Source: an uncultured Gammaproteobacteria bacterium (GTDB taxonomy: Bacteria > Patescibacteriota > Microgenomatia > Levybacterales > GWA1-39-11). Taken from it: a stretch of DNA of 64,000 nt. The notes under the pieces were generated by a model, which saw only the letters and a program-made list of their open reading frames with translations, did no database searches and was not told the DNA's origin. The position numbers and the translations under genes are program-made. Shown here piece by piece: positions 38,837 through 48,901 of the stretch; position 1 is the first letter of the stretch; every line of letters begins with the position of its first letter. The stretch is taken from the NCBI GenBank assembly GCA_964425075.1, contig CAYRKM010000001.1:705793-769792 (forward strand), written 5' to 3'.

Positions 38837-39657
38837 TAAGGAATCTGGTTATTGGATCTGCCGGATTCATAGGTAGGCCTTTTTGTAGGTACCTTGAGTA
38901 TAAAGGTGAAGAAGTAGTAACTTTCGACATCAAGAGCGAAAAATCACAGGACGGTAGAATATTTAATTTTGATTTCACAGAAATTGATAGGATATATTTC
39001 CTCGCATGGGATGTAGGAGGTTCTAAATATCTATACGAGTCAAAGCTCCAATTGTCACAGCTGAAATGGAATTTACAGTTGATGACTAACATTTTTGAAC
39101 ATCTTGAGAAACAAAAAAAGGATTTCCTTTTTGTTTCCAGTCAATTAGCCGAGGAAACAGATACTGTTTATGGGGTTACTAAAAAATTAGGGGAAGTTTG
39201 GACGAAAGAGTTAGGTGGGGCATGTATTAGAGTTTGGAATGCCTATGGATATATGGAACCATCAGACATCAAGAGCCATGTTATTTCCGATTTTATTTAT
39301 CAAGCGCTTGAAACCGGGAAAATAAAAATGATGACTGATGGAAGTGAATGGCGACAATTTACGCATATTGAAGATTTATCTCGTGCTTTTCATGGGGCAC
39401 TAACTTTGAAAAACCGAAAACGAACGATTTATGATGCGAGTAGCTATGAATGGGTAAGAATAATTGATGTTGCACAAATTATTGCAGATATAACTGGTGC
39501 AAAAATTATTCCAGGAGATAAAAAGGGGCATGATCCTCTTCCGTCTCAAAATTGCGGAAGAGTTCCCGGTTGGCTTCCTGAAATATCATTAGCGGACGGA
39601 ATTTCTCAAATGATTGATGAGGCAAAAGGAAAAATAAAGAATGCCAGAAAAAAGTAA
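38833..39657 (+). CDS. Short SDR-family NDP-sugar epimerase/reductase, translationally coupled to the GME homolog
   Basis: 274 aa. GSAGFIG Rossmann motif and YGVTK catalytic dyad. ATGA overlap with 37814..38836. Confidence 0.45.
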   Translation: MIRNLVIGSAGFIGRPFCRYLEYKGEEVVTFDIKSEKSQDGRIFNFDFTEIDRIYFLAWDVGGSKYLYESKLQLSQLKWNLQLMTNIFEHLEKQKKDFLFVSSQLAEETDTVYGVTKKLGEVWTKELGGACIRVWNAYGYMEPSDIKSHVISDFIYQALETGKIKMMTDGSEWRQFTHIEDLSRAFHGALTLKNRKRTIYDASSYEWVRIIDVAQIIADITGAKIIPGDKKGHDPLPSQNCGRVPGWLPEISLADGISQMIDEAKGKIKNARKK

Positions 39658-40891
39658 ATTCTCCCTTAACAAGAATTCCTCAGTATTATTTGTAACCTTT
39701 TCTAGGTGGGATGGTGATGTGCGTTCTCCAACTACTGGAAGTCTTGATCCGCTTAGAGATTTTTTGGTCCCAAAAATTAGAAAACTTTCAATAATTGACC
39801 AAGTACATCCAAGTGGAGATGGAGTGATGCCTGTTATTGAAGAATATAAAAACCAAAAAATAAAGGGCAAACAATATCACTCATCGTGGTGGATGTATAT
39901 TTTAAAGCCATGGTTATCTTTGCCTCATACTAACCCAAACGGGACATACGTGAGATTTAAGATCAGAGACTTCTTGTCAGTAATTGATTGGTCCTTTAGG
40001 GAAAAAACTCCTTACGACTACTGTATTTGCCTTGAAAGCATTAATACTCTTGCTGCAATACTTTTAAAAAAAATGGGTAGAGTGAAGTGTGTTGTGTATT
40101 ATGTTTCTGACTATTCTCCAAGCAGGTATCCACAAAAATGGTTTAATAATTTATACCTTGCGCTTGATAGATTTTGCGCAACACATGCAGACTTTATTTG
40201 GGATGTTTCTCCCGCAATGCAAAAGGCTAGAATTAGTGAGGGAGGGCTTGATTCAGCAAAATCAGCGCCAGTTATTCATGTTCCAAATGGTTTACACCCA
40301 GGGCAAATCAAGGCAGAACCAATTTCAAAAATTGATAAACAAGCACTTGTATATATGGGAACAGTTGGAGCAGAAAATGGTCCGGATGTGGCAATAAAGT
40401 CTTTAGCAATAGTTAAGAAAAGTTTTCCGAAGGCAAATCTTCATTTGGTTGGAGGAACAGAGAAAGATTTAGTTTGGTTAAAAAGGATTGCTAAAAAGCT
40501 GGGAATTGAAAAGTCAGTGACATTCCATGGTTTTGTTAAGGATGGATTCGAAATGTCAAAAATTATAAGAAAGTGCGCTGTGGGATTAGCACCCTACAGA
40601 GCAATACCAGGTTCTATTCGCTATTATGCAGATGCAGGAAAAATAAGAAATTATTGCGCTGCTGGTCTTCCAACAGTAAGTTCGCAAGTCCCACCCCTGG
40701 GACTTTTTGTTGCTGAAAAAGGGGCAGCAGTGATTGCTAAAGATAACGCTCAGAGTTTTGCTAAAGCCATAATAAATATTTTTAAAAATAAGAAGACTTA
40801 CGAGAGCTTAAGGAGAAATGCTATAATTTTGGCTAGGAATAACACATGGGAAAATTCATTTAAAAATGCATTTAAAATTATGTCAAAGTAA
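39641..40891 (+). CDS. GT-B glycosyltransferase (GT4-like)
   Basis: 416 aa. N-terminal domain followed by a LHLVGGTEKD...GFVKDG...GLAPYRAIPGS C-terminal Rossmann domain. Confidence 0.5.
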   Translation: MPEKSKFSLNKNSSVLFVTFSRWDGDVRSPTTGSLDPLRDFLVPKIRKLSIIDQVHPSGDGVMPVIEEYKNQKIKGKQYHSSWWMYILKPWLSLPHTNPNGTYVRFKIRDFLSVIDWSFREKTPYDYCICLESINTLAAILLKKMGRVKCVVYYVSDYSPSRYPQKWFNNLYLALDRFCATHADFIWDVSPAMQKARISEGGLDSAKSAPVIHVPNGLHPGQIKAEPISKIDKQALVYMGTVGAENGPDVAIKSLAIVKKSFPKANLHLVGGTEKDLVWLKRIAKKLGIEKSVTFHGFVKDGFEMSKIIRKCAVGLAPYRAIPGSIRYYADAGKIRNYCAAGLPTVSSQVPPLGLFVAEKGAAVIAKDNAQSFAKAIINIFKNKKTYESLRRNAIILARNNTWENSFKNAFKIMSK

Positions 40892-41787
40892 TGAATAAAA
40901 ATAACAAAAAAAGCAAGCAACATTTTGATTATGATGAAGTCTTTATGGGTGTCTTTAAAGATAGACCTAAGGGATTTCATAAAAATATTTATAATCAGAA
41001 ACCAGAACTGAGGCGAGTTGTTGAAATGGTTAAAGTGAAAAAAGGTAAAATCCTAGATATTGGCTGTGGAGGAGGACTAATTACAGAATGTTTGCCTTTT
41101 TATTACCCGAAAGCCAACATCTATGGGTGTGATGTAAGCACTACGGCCATAAAATATGCAAAAGAATACGGAGTTGGAAAAGTAAGTTACAAAGTAATGC
41201 AAAAAAGATTGCCCTACCCATCAAACTATTTTGAAGCAGCAGTTTGTCTTGATGTTATGGAACATATTCCAGACGTAGACTTTTTCTTAAGGGAAGTAAG
41301 GAGGGTTCTAAAGAAAGATGGAGTGTTTTTTGCCGCAATTCCATGTGAAGGGCAACCATTCACTTTTACATGGCTTTTTGAAAAACTTGGATTTTGGCAG
41401 AATTTAACATTTAAACACGTGGGGCATATACATCCAGAATTTACACACAAATATATAGTGGATTTATTTCAGAAGCATGGTTTTACCGTTCTTAGAAAAA
41501 GTTTTAGTGAAAGAATCGTAGTTCAACTGCTTAGATATACGCAATTTATGTTGCCAAAAGAGTTGCTAGAGGTTTTTGTTGGAAAAAAGAAGGCAGAAAA
41601 ATATTATGATAGAAGCGTTTTAAAACAAAAAGAAAATGCAAAAAAAGATCTTATAATGCTTTTGCGAATTATTTGGTTTAAAATCTGTAAGATAACTAAA
41701 TTCATTGATGATTTTGATGCCGAAAAATTGAGAAATATTAGTTTTACGGCATGGAAAATAAATATTCTAGTTAAAAATAAGAAGTAA
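40891..41787 (+). CDS. Class I SAM-dependent methyltransferase
   Basis: 298 aa. ILDIGCGGGLITECL (motif I) and CLDVMEHIPDVD. Confidence 0.65.
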   Translation: MNKNNKKSKQHFDYDEVFMGVFKDRPKGFHKNIYNQKPELRRVVEMVKVKKGKILDIGCGGGLITECLPFYYPKANIYGCDVSTTAIKYAKEYGVGKVSYKVMQKRLPYPSNYFEAAVCLDVMEHIPDVDFFLREVRRVLKKDGVFFAAIPCEGQPFTFTWLFEKLGFWQNLTFKHVGHIHPEFTHKYIVDLFQKHGFTVLRKSFSERIVVQLLRYTQFMLPKELLEVFVGKKKAEKYYDRSVLKQKENAKKDLIMLLRIIWFKICKITKFIDDFDAEKLRNISFTAWKINILVKNKK

Positions 41788-41798
41788 AGTAAAATGAT

Positions 41799-44700
41799 AT
41801 GCAGTTTATTAAAAAAAACCACTTTTTCTTTGAGATTGCATTTATTGTTCTTTTAAGTCTTATACCCCTCATCTGGTTCTCTCCACAACATATGATTTTT
41901 GGTAGTGATTCGGGTTATCCATTGGATTATGTTCAGTATTTTATTCAAAGAACCTATACTTGGACATCTGCCCAGAGCTTCGGTGAAGACATGTCGACAT
42001 TTATGGGAGCATTGCCACTCCATGGAATTCAGTTCGTTCTATCCATTCTAGGAATACCGTATTTTGATATCCAAAAAGTAACTTTAGTGTTTTGGTTTGC
42101 TTCGATCGCCTTTGCAATGTATTTCTGTGTAAAGTATTTTTTTAACAAACCTGAGCATTGGCCGATAAGACTAATATCTGTTGTTCTTTACTCTATCAAT
42201 TTTTACATCTTCCTTTTTTGGACAATAGGTTCTCAAACTACTTTAAGCGCTTATGTATTGTTACCGCTCAGTTTTCTTATTGTATTCATGTTTATAGATA
42301 AGAAAATCTCTCCCATACTTGCCGCAGTTTGTTTTAACTTATCCTACTTAGTTTTTAATGCAGGAGGAATAGGTGGAGTACCGCTTTTAGGTCCTGTTGC
42401 CGTAACCATTTTGAGTGGAATAATTTACCAGTCTATATTCACATTCAACAAAGAGTTCTTTGTGAGAGTACTAAGTCTTCTATTTTTTTCATTTATAATC
42501 TTTCTTGGATTAAATGCCTACTTTCTTTTTCCTTTTCTTTCTTCATTTGCTCAGCAGTTTAATACCCTGGTCGTAAAAAGTGGTGGTATTGATGGAGTTA
42601 TCGAATGGACAAATTTTATAAGCAAGTACGATAGTTATGCAAATCTGTTTAGACTACAGGGGGATAATATTTGGTATACGACGGAAAAAACATATGCTAC
42701 GCCGTATCTTAATAACCCAATCCTTATTTTAGCTAGTTTCAGTTTTCCAATACTTGCTTATTTTGTTCTATTTTTTAAATTAGAATATCGGATAAAAAAA
42801 CTTGTTTATTTTTTAATTACCATTTCATTGGTTGGGATTTTTTTATCAGCAGGTTCTCATGATCCATTGGGCTTTTTATATGAGTTAATGCTTAGGTTTA
42901 TCCCTGGATTTGCAGCATTTAGATCAGCTTTCTATAAATTTATGCCGTTGGTTCTTCTGCCCTTTTCAATCCTTATTGCAATGTCAATTTACATGATTTC
43001 ACAAAAAATTAGAATGTCTTATAGATTTTTAATCCCTATTATATTTATTTCATCTATTTTCGTTTATCACTATCCATTTTTTAATGTAGGAAATTTTTTG
43101 ACAAATAACACATTCAGCACAATGATTAAGATTCCAAATTACGTTACCAAATTTGTTGAAGAAAAACCTCCGCCAAATGATCAGTATCGAACTTTGGTTT
43201 TACCTCCATTTGACGATAACTATGCTATTGAGGCATACAAATGGAGTTATTTTAGTGGATATCCAATATTTCCGGGCGTTAGTAATAAGTCATTTATAGA
43301 GAACAATGCTTATTTAAATACTAATGAAGGAATTTTGGTGAACAGGCTTTACAAATTATTACGCAACGAAGAATATGATTTGTTTGTCGAAGAAGCATCA
43401 AGATTAAGTATTAGATATGTCCTTTTAACATCAGATGTCCATACCGAGATTACACCTCGTGAGGATCCTAAATTTTATCAAAGTAAATTGAAAACTAGCT
43501 ATTTTAAACCCGTTTGGAGCAATGGCCCATGGAGTATTTATGAAATTAACAGACCAACTAATTCAAAATTTCATGCATTTAGTGCCCTTACGTCATTTAA
43601 TGGAGAAAATCTTGAGGTACTTCCAATTCTCCCAGCCGGCAATAACAAATTTATTGAAAAAACAAAACAACATCCATCAAGTTCTTTAAATAGTGCAATA
43701 GATTCTATCAAATGTTCGTCTTGTATTTCTGTTGACAATGAGGACTTAGTTGCGGAACCACCAATTATTTTACCCAACTCCATATTTTACTCAATAAAGC
43801 TTTCTCGTGAAAGCAAAATAAATCCAAACCCATCAACAAATCAAGCAATTTACGATTTATTGGGAAGATCTCAAATAAGACTTTCTGAATTAAGAGGATT
43901 ATCTCAAATTCCAGAGATAAACGATGAAAATTGGTTTAAATCTATAGGTTTATTGACATCTAACTGGGCAACGATTTCAAGGATTCAAGATGAAAATACA
44001 GCAAATGATCTTTATCTTTTTAATAAATTAGAGAATTATAGTCATTTTCAGATAACCAATCTTAAGGAAATTTATTTTTACGAACCAGTTGGCAAAAGTA
44101 AAAAAATGGGAGGCTTGATAAGAGAGGCAATTGCAATGATCGAGAAAGTTCAGATAAAAAATGAAAGTAATATACAGAAAACAGAGAGTGGAAATATGTT
44201 TACATATAATATTGATTCTTTAACTCTTTTACAGAAGTCAAATCTAATTGTTGATCATGTTAGCCTTATGAAAAATGAGAATGGCGGTGTGATTTATCCG
44301 AATGCAATTAAATTTGATAATAACGAACCATTAAGTATTTATGCACAAAATGACACTAAGGACATTGTTATTCCAATACCCAAGATAAATCCAATCAAGA
44401 AAATCACTTTGTTTTTTCCGGAGAAAGAAAATAAATTTGTCTTTCCACGAGAAAAAGTTATCAACTCATCCTTTTTCAAGAAGGAAAGCTGCATTACTGG
44501 AGACATTAAAGACTTCAAATGGTATAAGACGTATCGCGTTACTTCAAAAATTGTTGGTAGTCCCGATAACCTGCATGTTTATATTACAAATATTTCAGCG
44601 GAAAAGCCCGATGCTGAAATATTTAAACCCGACAGGATAATTGACATTGATAAAGCAAGCATTAGGTATTTACATGTTGACATTCAAGGACGAGAAAACA

Positions 44701-45179
44701 CAACAGCTGTTCAGATTTATTTTTGTGCTGATCCTGGTAGAAATCCTTTTGGAGCATATCTAGATACAAGGGTAGAGGAAGTTTACACACCAATTATGTA
44801 TATAAAAAGTGATTTAAGAGAGAGCAACAAAATTGTTCCCAAGATTAGTTACAAAACAGTTACTCCAACAGAATACAGAATCAAAATTAATAATGCATCA
44901 ACACCGTATTTTCTTGGATTTTCAGAAAGATATTCTGACTTTTGGGAATTAAAAGATTTATCAACGGGTAAGGTAATAGAGGCTAAACATTTTACTCTTA
45001 ATGGTTATGCGAATGGATGGCTAATAACAAGAAAGGGCACATATGAGCTTGTATTAAAATTCACTCAACAGAGTATATTTAATACTGGATTTAAAATAAG
45101 CATAATATCTATATTATTAGTTGTTTTTTACTTAATAAGTAAGATTAGGAGTAAAAAAAATAAAAATGGAAAAATTTAA
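41799..45179 (+). CDS. Giant polytopic membrane protein (1126 aa): N-terminal multi-TM GT-C-like domain, extracytoplasmic domain of about 600 aa, C-terminal TM anchor
   Basis: SDSGYPLDY acidic motif after TM1, then 12 or more TM segments to about residue 440, then a long hydrophilic region. The C-terminus FSERYSDFWELKD...GTYELVLKF plus a TM helix is paralogous to the C-terminus of 52621..54612. Confidence 0.5.
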   Translation: MQFIKKNHFFFEIAFIVLLSLIPLIWFSPQHMIFGSDSGYPLDYVQYFIQRTYTWTSAQSFGEDMSTFMGALPLHGIQFVLSILGIPYFDIQKVTLVFWFASIAFAMYFCVKYFFNKPEHWPIRLISVVLYSINFYIFLFWTIGSQTTLSAYVLLPLSFLIVFMFIDKKISPILAAVCFNLSYLVFNAGGIGGVPLLGPVAVTILSGIIYQSIFTFNKEFFVRVLSLLFFSFIIFLGLNAYFLFPFLSSFAQQFNTLVVKSGGIDGVIEWTNFISKYDSYANLFRLQGDNIWYTTEKTYATPYLNNPILILASFSFPILAYFVLFFKLEYRIKKLVYFLITISLVGIFLSAGSHDPLGFLYELMLRFIPGFAAFRSAFYKFMPLVLLPFSILIAMSIYMISQKIRMSYRFLIPIIFISSIFVYHYPFFNVGNFLTNNTFSTMIKIPNYVTKFVEEKPPPNDQYRTLVLPPFDDNYAIEAYKWSYFSGYPIFPGVSNKSFIENNAYLNTNEGILVNRLYKLLRNEEYDLFVEEASRLSIRYVLLTSDVHTEITPREDPKFYQSKLKTSYFKPVWSNGPWSIYEINRPTNSKFHAFSALTSFNGENLEVLPILPAGNNKFIEKTKQHPSSSLNSAIDSIKCSSCISVDNEDLVAEPPIILPNSIFYSIKLSRESKINPNPSTNQAIYDLLGRSQIRLSELRGLSQIPEINDENWFKSIGLLTSNWATISRIQDENTANDLYLFNKLENYSHFQITNLKEIYFYEPVGKSKKMGGLIREAIAMIEKVQIKNESNIQKTESGNMFTYNIDSLTLLQKSNLIVDHVSLMKNENGGVIYPNAIKFDNNEPLSIYAQNDTKDIVIPIPKINPIKKITLFFPEKENKFVFPREKVINSSFFKKESCITGDIKDFKWYKTYRVTSKIVGSPDNLHVYITNISAEKPDAEIFKPDRIIDIDKASIRYLHVDIQGRENTTAVQIYFCADPGRNPFGAYLDTRVEEVYTPIMYIKSDLRESNKIVPKISYKTVTPTEYRIKINNASTPYFLGFSERYSDFWELKDLSTGKVIEAKHFTLNGYANGWLITRKGTYELVLKFTQQSIFNTGFKISIISILLVVFYLISKIRSKKNKNGKI

Positions 45180-45564
45180 AAAAAAATATACACAATTTGA
45201 TACCTTTGTCAAAAAGTCAATGCCTCTTTATCTTGTTAACAACAGTCAGAGAATATATATATCATTATTTATAATAATAGGAGGATTTGTAATTGTTAGA
45301 ATTCCTTATTTGGTTTTAATTTTTAAGCCTGAACTTTTATATCCAATTACCATTGCTCTTGCTTTTTTTATACTCAGGGTTAACGAGCGAATAATGCTTT
45401 ACACAATAATTCTGATTTTTGGCTTTGCTCCAATTTTGGTGATATTCAATAATTCTAATTCAGCTGATCGAATCATTAATATAGCCTTTTTTCTTATACT
45501 GCTTCTTTCTATAAAACTAATTAATAATCTCCGGCAAAAAAAATATGAAAAAAGAAAAAGTTAG
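45166..45564 (+). CDS. Small 4-TM membrane protein (possible GtrA/GtcA-like polyprenyl-P-sugar flippase)
   Basis: 132 aa with four hydrophobic helices. Function is inferred only from size, topology and context. Confidence 0.3.
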   Translation: MEKFKKKYTQFDTFVKKSMPLYLVNNSQRIYISLFIIIGGFVIVRIPYLVLIFKPELLYPITIALAFFILRVNERIMLYTIILIFGFAPILVIFNNSNSADRIINIAFFLILLLSIKLINNLRQKKYEKRKS

Positions 45565-46159
45565 CATAACAAGAAAAATTAAGCAGAGCGGGATATTCGA
45601 AAGTTGTTATTTTATTTTAAGTTTTTTTATTTTTAAAGTAATTTCAACCGCGAAAATTTTTATTTTGAATTTAAGATTATTCAAAGTAAGTTATCAAGCC
45701 GAAATTGGAAAGGGAGTTGTTTTTTTTCAAAGTATTAAATATTCAATCGAGATTAATGATTATTCACGAATTGGTGTAGGGGTAAGAATAAAGTCTGGAT
45801 TTGGAGGGAAAATAAAAATTGGAAAAAAAGTACTGGTTGATGATTATTCTTTTATTAGTGCACATGAAAGCATTGAGATTGGAGATGAGACAATGATTGC
45901 TGCTAATTGCTATATTGTGGATTTCAACCACGCTCTTCCTCTTTCAAAATCTAAGAAATTATTGTTATCCAAAAGGGGTTATGTATCAAAGCCAGTAAAA
46001 ATAGGCAAATATGTATGGATTGGAGCGAATGTCGTGATTTTGCCTGGTGTTACAATCGGGGACAATGCTGTAATTGGAGCAGGAGCGGTAGTAACAAAGA
46101 GTATTCCTGCTAATACTATTGCGGTCGGAAACCCGGCAAAAGTAATTAGAAAAATTTGA
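45545..46159 (+). CDS. Hexapeptide-repeat (LbH) acetyltransferase
   Basis: C-terminal IGANVVILPGVTIGDNAVIGAGAVVTKSIPANTIAVGNPAKVIRK is typical of the maltose/galactoside O-acetyltransferase family. The real start may lie downstream. Confidence 0.65.
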   Translation: MKKEKVSITRKIKQSGIFESCYFILSFFIFKVISTAKIFILNLRLFKVSYQAEIGKGVVFFQSIKYSIEINDYSRIGVGVRIKSGFGGKIKIGKKVLVDDYSFISAHESIEIGDETMIAANCYIVDFNHALPLSKSKKLLLSKRGYVSKPVKIGKYVWIGANVVILPGVTIGDNAVIGAGAVVTKSIPANTIAVGNPAKVIRKI

Positions 46160-46162
46160 AAA

Positions 46163-47137
46163 TTATTCTAGTGTCTTTTTAATTGCTTCCTTAAATTTTT
46201 CTGATATTTTTTCTTGTGAATTAATACTTGGATGTATTGCATCTGAAAAATCATTTTCTTCTAGCCAGTTGGTAGTATCGATTAGATAAACATTTGATTC
46301 TTTTGCGACCCTACTAATAACATTGTTATAAATATTTAAATTTTCATTGCTTATGTCCTTTCTTGTAAATAATAATGGTATAAATATTTTCCCCTTAGGG
46401 TTCCATTTCTTAATATCGTTGATAATTTCTAGATAATCTTTCTCAAACGCTTCAACTGAAACATTATTTGCTGCGTCATTTGAGCCAAGAAAAATAACAA
46501 CGATATCGGACTTATATTCCATAAGGTCTTTTTCATATCTTTTTACAGCGTTATCAATTCCTTTGACTTCGGTCAAAGAGGAGCCCAAAATACTTGCATT
46601 ATGAAGCTCGTAATCAAGTTTGTTTGCCAATAAATGTGAGTAATTATTCTTTCCATATATTGTGGAGATGGAATCACCCAATAGGGAGATGGTTTTTTCG
46701 TGTAATTTGAATGGTTGGATTTTTGATGCTTTATTAACATTAATACTATTTAGAGTAATGTCGCATGGTTCATAAAAGTATGTGCAGAAATGGCGAATGG
46801 TTATATGATGCTGCTTGTTTTTATCTACAAGAATTGTGAGTTTTTGCTTGCTAATATTAGGAGAACTAATAATATATTTTTCATCATCAACTAAAATCTC
46901 CACTCCTTGATCAGCTTTAGAGTTTGTCGAAAATTGAAAACTAATATTTTCGGTATTGTTTATTCTAAAGCCAAGTTCCCCTCCTGCATAAAGACTTTTA
47001 TTATTCTTCCATCCCATACCTCGAACTAATTTCGAGCTTTGTGAGATATCCTTTTCCCTGTAGGAATTCATGAAAAAGTTTGTAAGAAAAAAGCCAAGTG
47101 CCGCCAAACAAATAATTAAAAGTAGGGTGTGTTTCAT
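46163..47137 (-). CDS. SGNH/GDSL-family hydrolase with N-terminal TM anchor
   Basis: 324 aa. ISLLGDSIS (block I, with Ser) and IVVIFLGSNDA (block III) motifs; N-terminal hydrophobic helix. Confidence 0.6.
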   Translation of the reverse strand: MKHTLLLIICLAALGFFLTNFFMNSYREKDISQSSKLVRGMGWKNNKSLYAGGELGFRINNTENISFQFSTNSKADQGVEILVDDEKYIISSPNISKQKLTILVDKNKQHHITIRHFCTYFYEPCDITLNSINVNKASKIQPFKLHEKTISLLGDSISTIYGKNNYSHLLANKLDYELHNASILGSSLTEVKGIDNAVKRYEKDLMEYKSDIVVIFLGSNDAANNVSVEAFEKDYLEIINDIKKWNPKGKIFIPLLFTRKDISNENLNIYNNVISRVAKESNVYLIDTTNWLEENDFSDAIHPSINSQEKISEKFKEAIKKTLE

Positions 47138-47156
47138 ATGGTAATACTTATTTGAA

Positions 47157-47185
47157 TTGTATTATATTTCCATTTTGCTATAATT
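47157..47185 (+). promoter_or_regulatory. Candidate sigma70-like promoter for 47219 (TTGTAT, 17 nt spacer, TATAAT)
   Basis: Exact TATAAT at 47180..47185 with TTGTAT 17 nt upstream, about 34 nt before the ATG. The region is AT-rich, so specificity is low. Confidence 0.3.
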
Positions 47186-47218
47186 ACCAATATCAAACCG
47201 AACTCTTTTAGTAAAATA

Positions 47219-48901
47219 ATGCCTTTTAAAACCCTACTTACTTTTCTCAAAATTTTCTCCATTTTCTTCATAGTTATTTTTATATCGACATTTGGTGTAA
47301 TGAATGGTTATTTCGAGCAGGATGAATGGATGGGGATTGCCAATACAATGAAGTTTTTAAATGATCCTTGGTGGAGAGTTTTTATTCCAACCAATCTTCA
47401 CTTTTCTCCCATCGGAATCTCATTTTGGAATAGCATGTATTATATTTTTAAACTTCATGCTGAGTATTACCACCTGGTCCAACTTATTGTTCATGCTTCT
47501 GTCTCCACTTTAGTTTGTATTCTAGCTTTTCGCTTGACTAAAAATAAGACAATTGCAGTTTTAACTGGAATGATGTTTCTACTAAATGGAAGAGCACATC
47601 AGGGATTTACACATCTAGCAATTTTTCATTCAACTGATACTGCAATGTTTTTTATACTTCTCTTTTTCATTTATTTTACAAGTATTAAAGAAAAGGTTGT
47701 AAATATAAAAAAGGCTTGCATTTTGCTTTTGATTTTTCTTGGAGCGGTTTTTACTCGTGAAGAGGGTTTTATTATTCTCCCACTTTTGGCAGTATACGTT
47801 GTACTCTTGGATAAAAATAAAATAAGCAAAAAAAACATAAGACCTGCAGCGCTTTTTGTCATGGGTGTTGCGCTTTTTGTAATATTTAGGTTCTTTACTC
47901 AATCTCTTTATACAGAACCTATACCAGTTCAATATCAAATCACTGGAGTAGGTGCAGAATATAATCTAGCAACAATTCCGATTAAGTTTGTTGTCCAAAA
48001 TCTCATTTGGTCAGAAAGAATCGCCCAATTTTTTGTGGTAAATACGCCTGGCCTATACCCAGACATAGAAGGTTTTTTTACCAGTCATGCGCCAATTATG
48101 GATGCAGCCTTTTTCTACATATTTGGATTACTTTCCTTTTCTTTTGCTGTATGGATTTGGTTGATAAAGCCAAAGAACTTTGCTCCAATATTTACCTTTC
48201 TTCTTACTTGGATTTTTGCAAACGCCTTCATGTTAGCATTTGTTGGTAGACATATATCGGTTGTTGAACCAAGGTATTTATATTATTCTGCATTTCCAGT
48301 CCTTTGCCTTATTTCTATATTTGTATATTTTTTGTATGTGTCTAATTCAAGTATAAAACTCATCAATATGGTCAAGAAAGGTATAGCAGTTTTAATAATT
48401 TTGATTTTACTTGGAACATCTGTGCAGGAGATTAGATTCGCCGTCAATCGTACAGAAAGAGATGGTTTAGTGAAAAGAAAAGTATTTGAGAATTTATTAA
48501 AGGTTCATCCAAAGCTTGCTAAAAACACAATATTTTTTGTTAAGTGCAAAACTGAATGCTACAGAAATTCAGAGCTTGGTATAAGTCCTAAGAATGTATT
48601 ACCTTTTTCCTCAGGACCCGGAATGAATATTCTAATTACCTATGCTTCTCTTCAAAAAGAAGAGAAAGAATGGGGGCCATTCTTTAGTGAGTTTTTTATA
48701 TTTTATACCTTTTCAGAAGACTATAAGAAAATAGGAGATAGAAGTTTTGGTTATTTTGTAACAAAGGATAAATTAGAAGAAGCATTGATAAAGAATAAAT
48801 TACCGAAGGAAACTGTAATAGCATTAGAGCTTAATGAAAGAGATTATACATTTCGCAACATAACGCCTGAATTTATTAAAAGCCTAAATATAAATAGATG
48901 A
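47219..48901 (+). CDS. Polytopic membrane protein, GT-C-like (unassigned)
   Basis: 560 aa. EQDEWMGIANTMKF acidic motif after TM1, then multiple TM segments and a C-terminal soluble domain. Confidence 0.45.
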   Translation: MPFKTLLTFLKIFSIFFIVIFISTFGVMNGYFEQDEWMGIANTMKFLNDPWWRVFIPTNLHFSPIGISFWNSMYYIFKLHAEYYHLVQLIVHASVSTLVCILAFRLTKNKTIAVLTGMMFLLNGRAHQGFTHLAIFHSTDTAMFFILLFFIYFTSIKEKVVNIKKACILLLIFLGAVFTREEGFIILPLLAVYVVLLDKNKISKKNIRPAALFVMGVALFVIFRFFTQSLYTEPIPVQYQITGVGAEYNLATIPIKFVVQNLIWSERIAQFFVVNTPGLYPDIEGFFTSHAPIMDAAFFYIFGLLSFSFAVWIWLIKPKNFAPIFTFLLTWIFANAFMLAFVGRHISVVEPRYLYYSAFPVLCLISIFVYFLYVSNSSIKLINMVKKGIAVLIILILLGTSVQEIRFAVNRTERDGLVKRKVFENLLKVHPKLAKNTIFFVKCKTECYRNSELGISPKNVLPFSSGPGMNILITYASLQKEEKEWGPFFSEFFIFYTFSEDYKKIGDRSFGYFVTKDKLEEALIKNKLPKETVIALELNERDYTFRNITPEFIKSLNINR

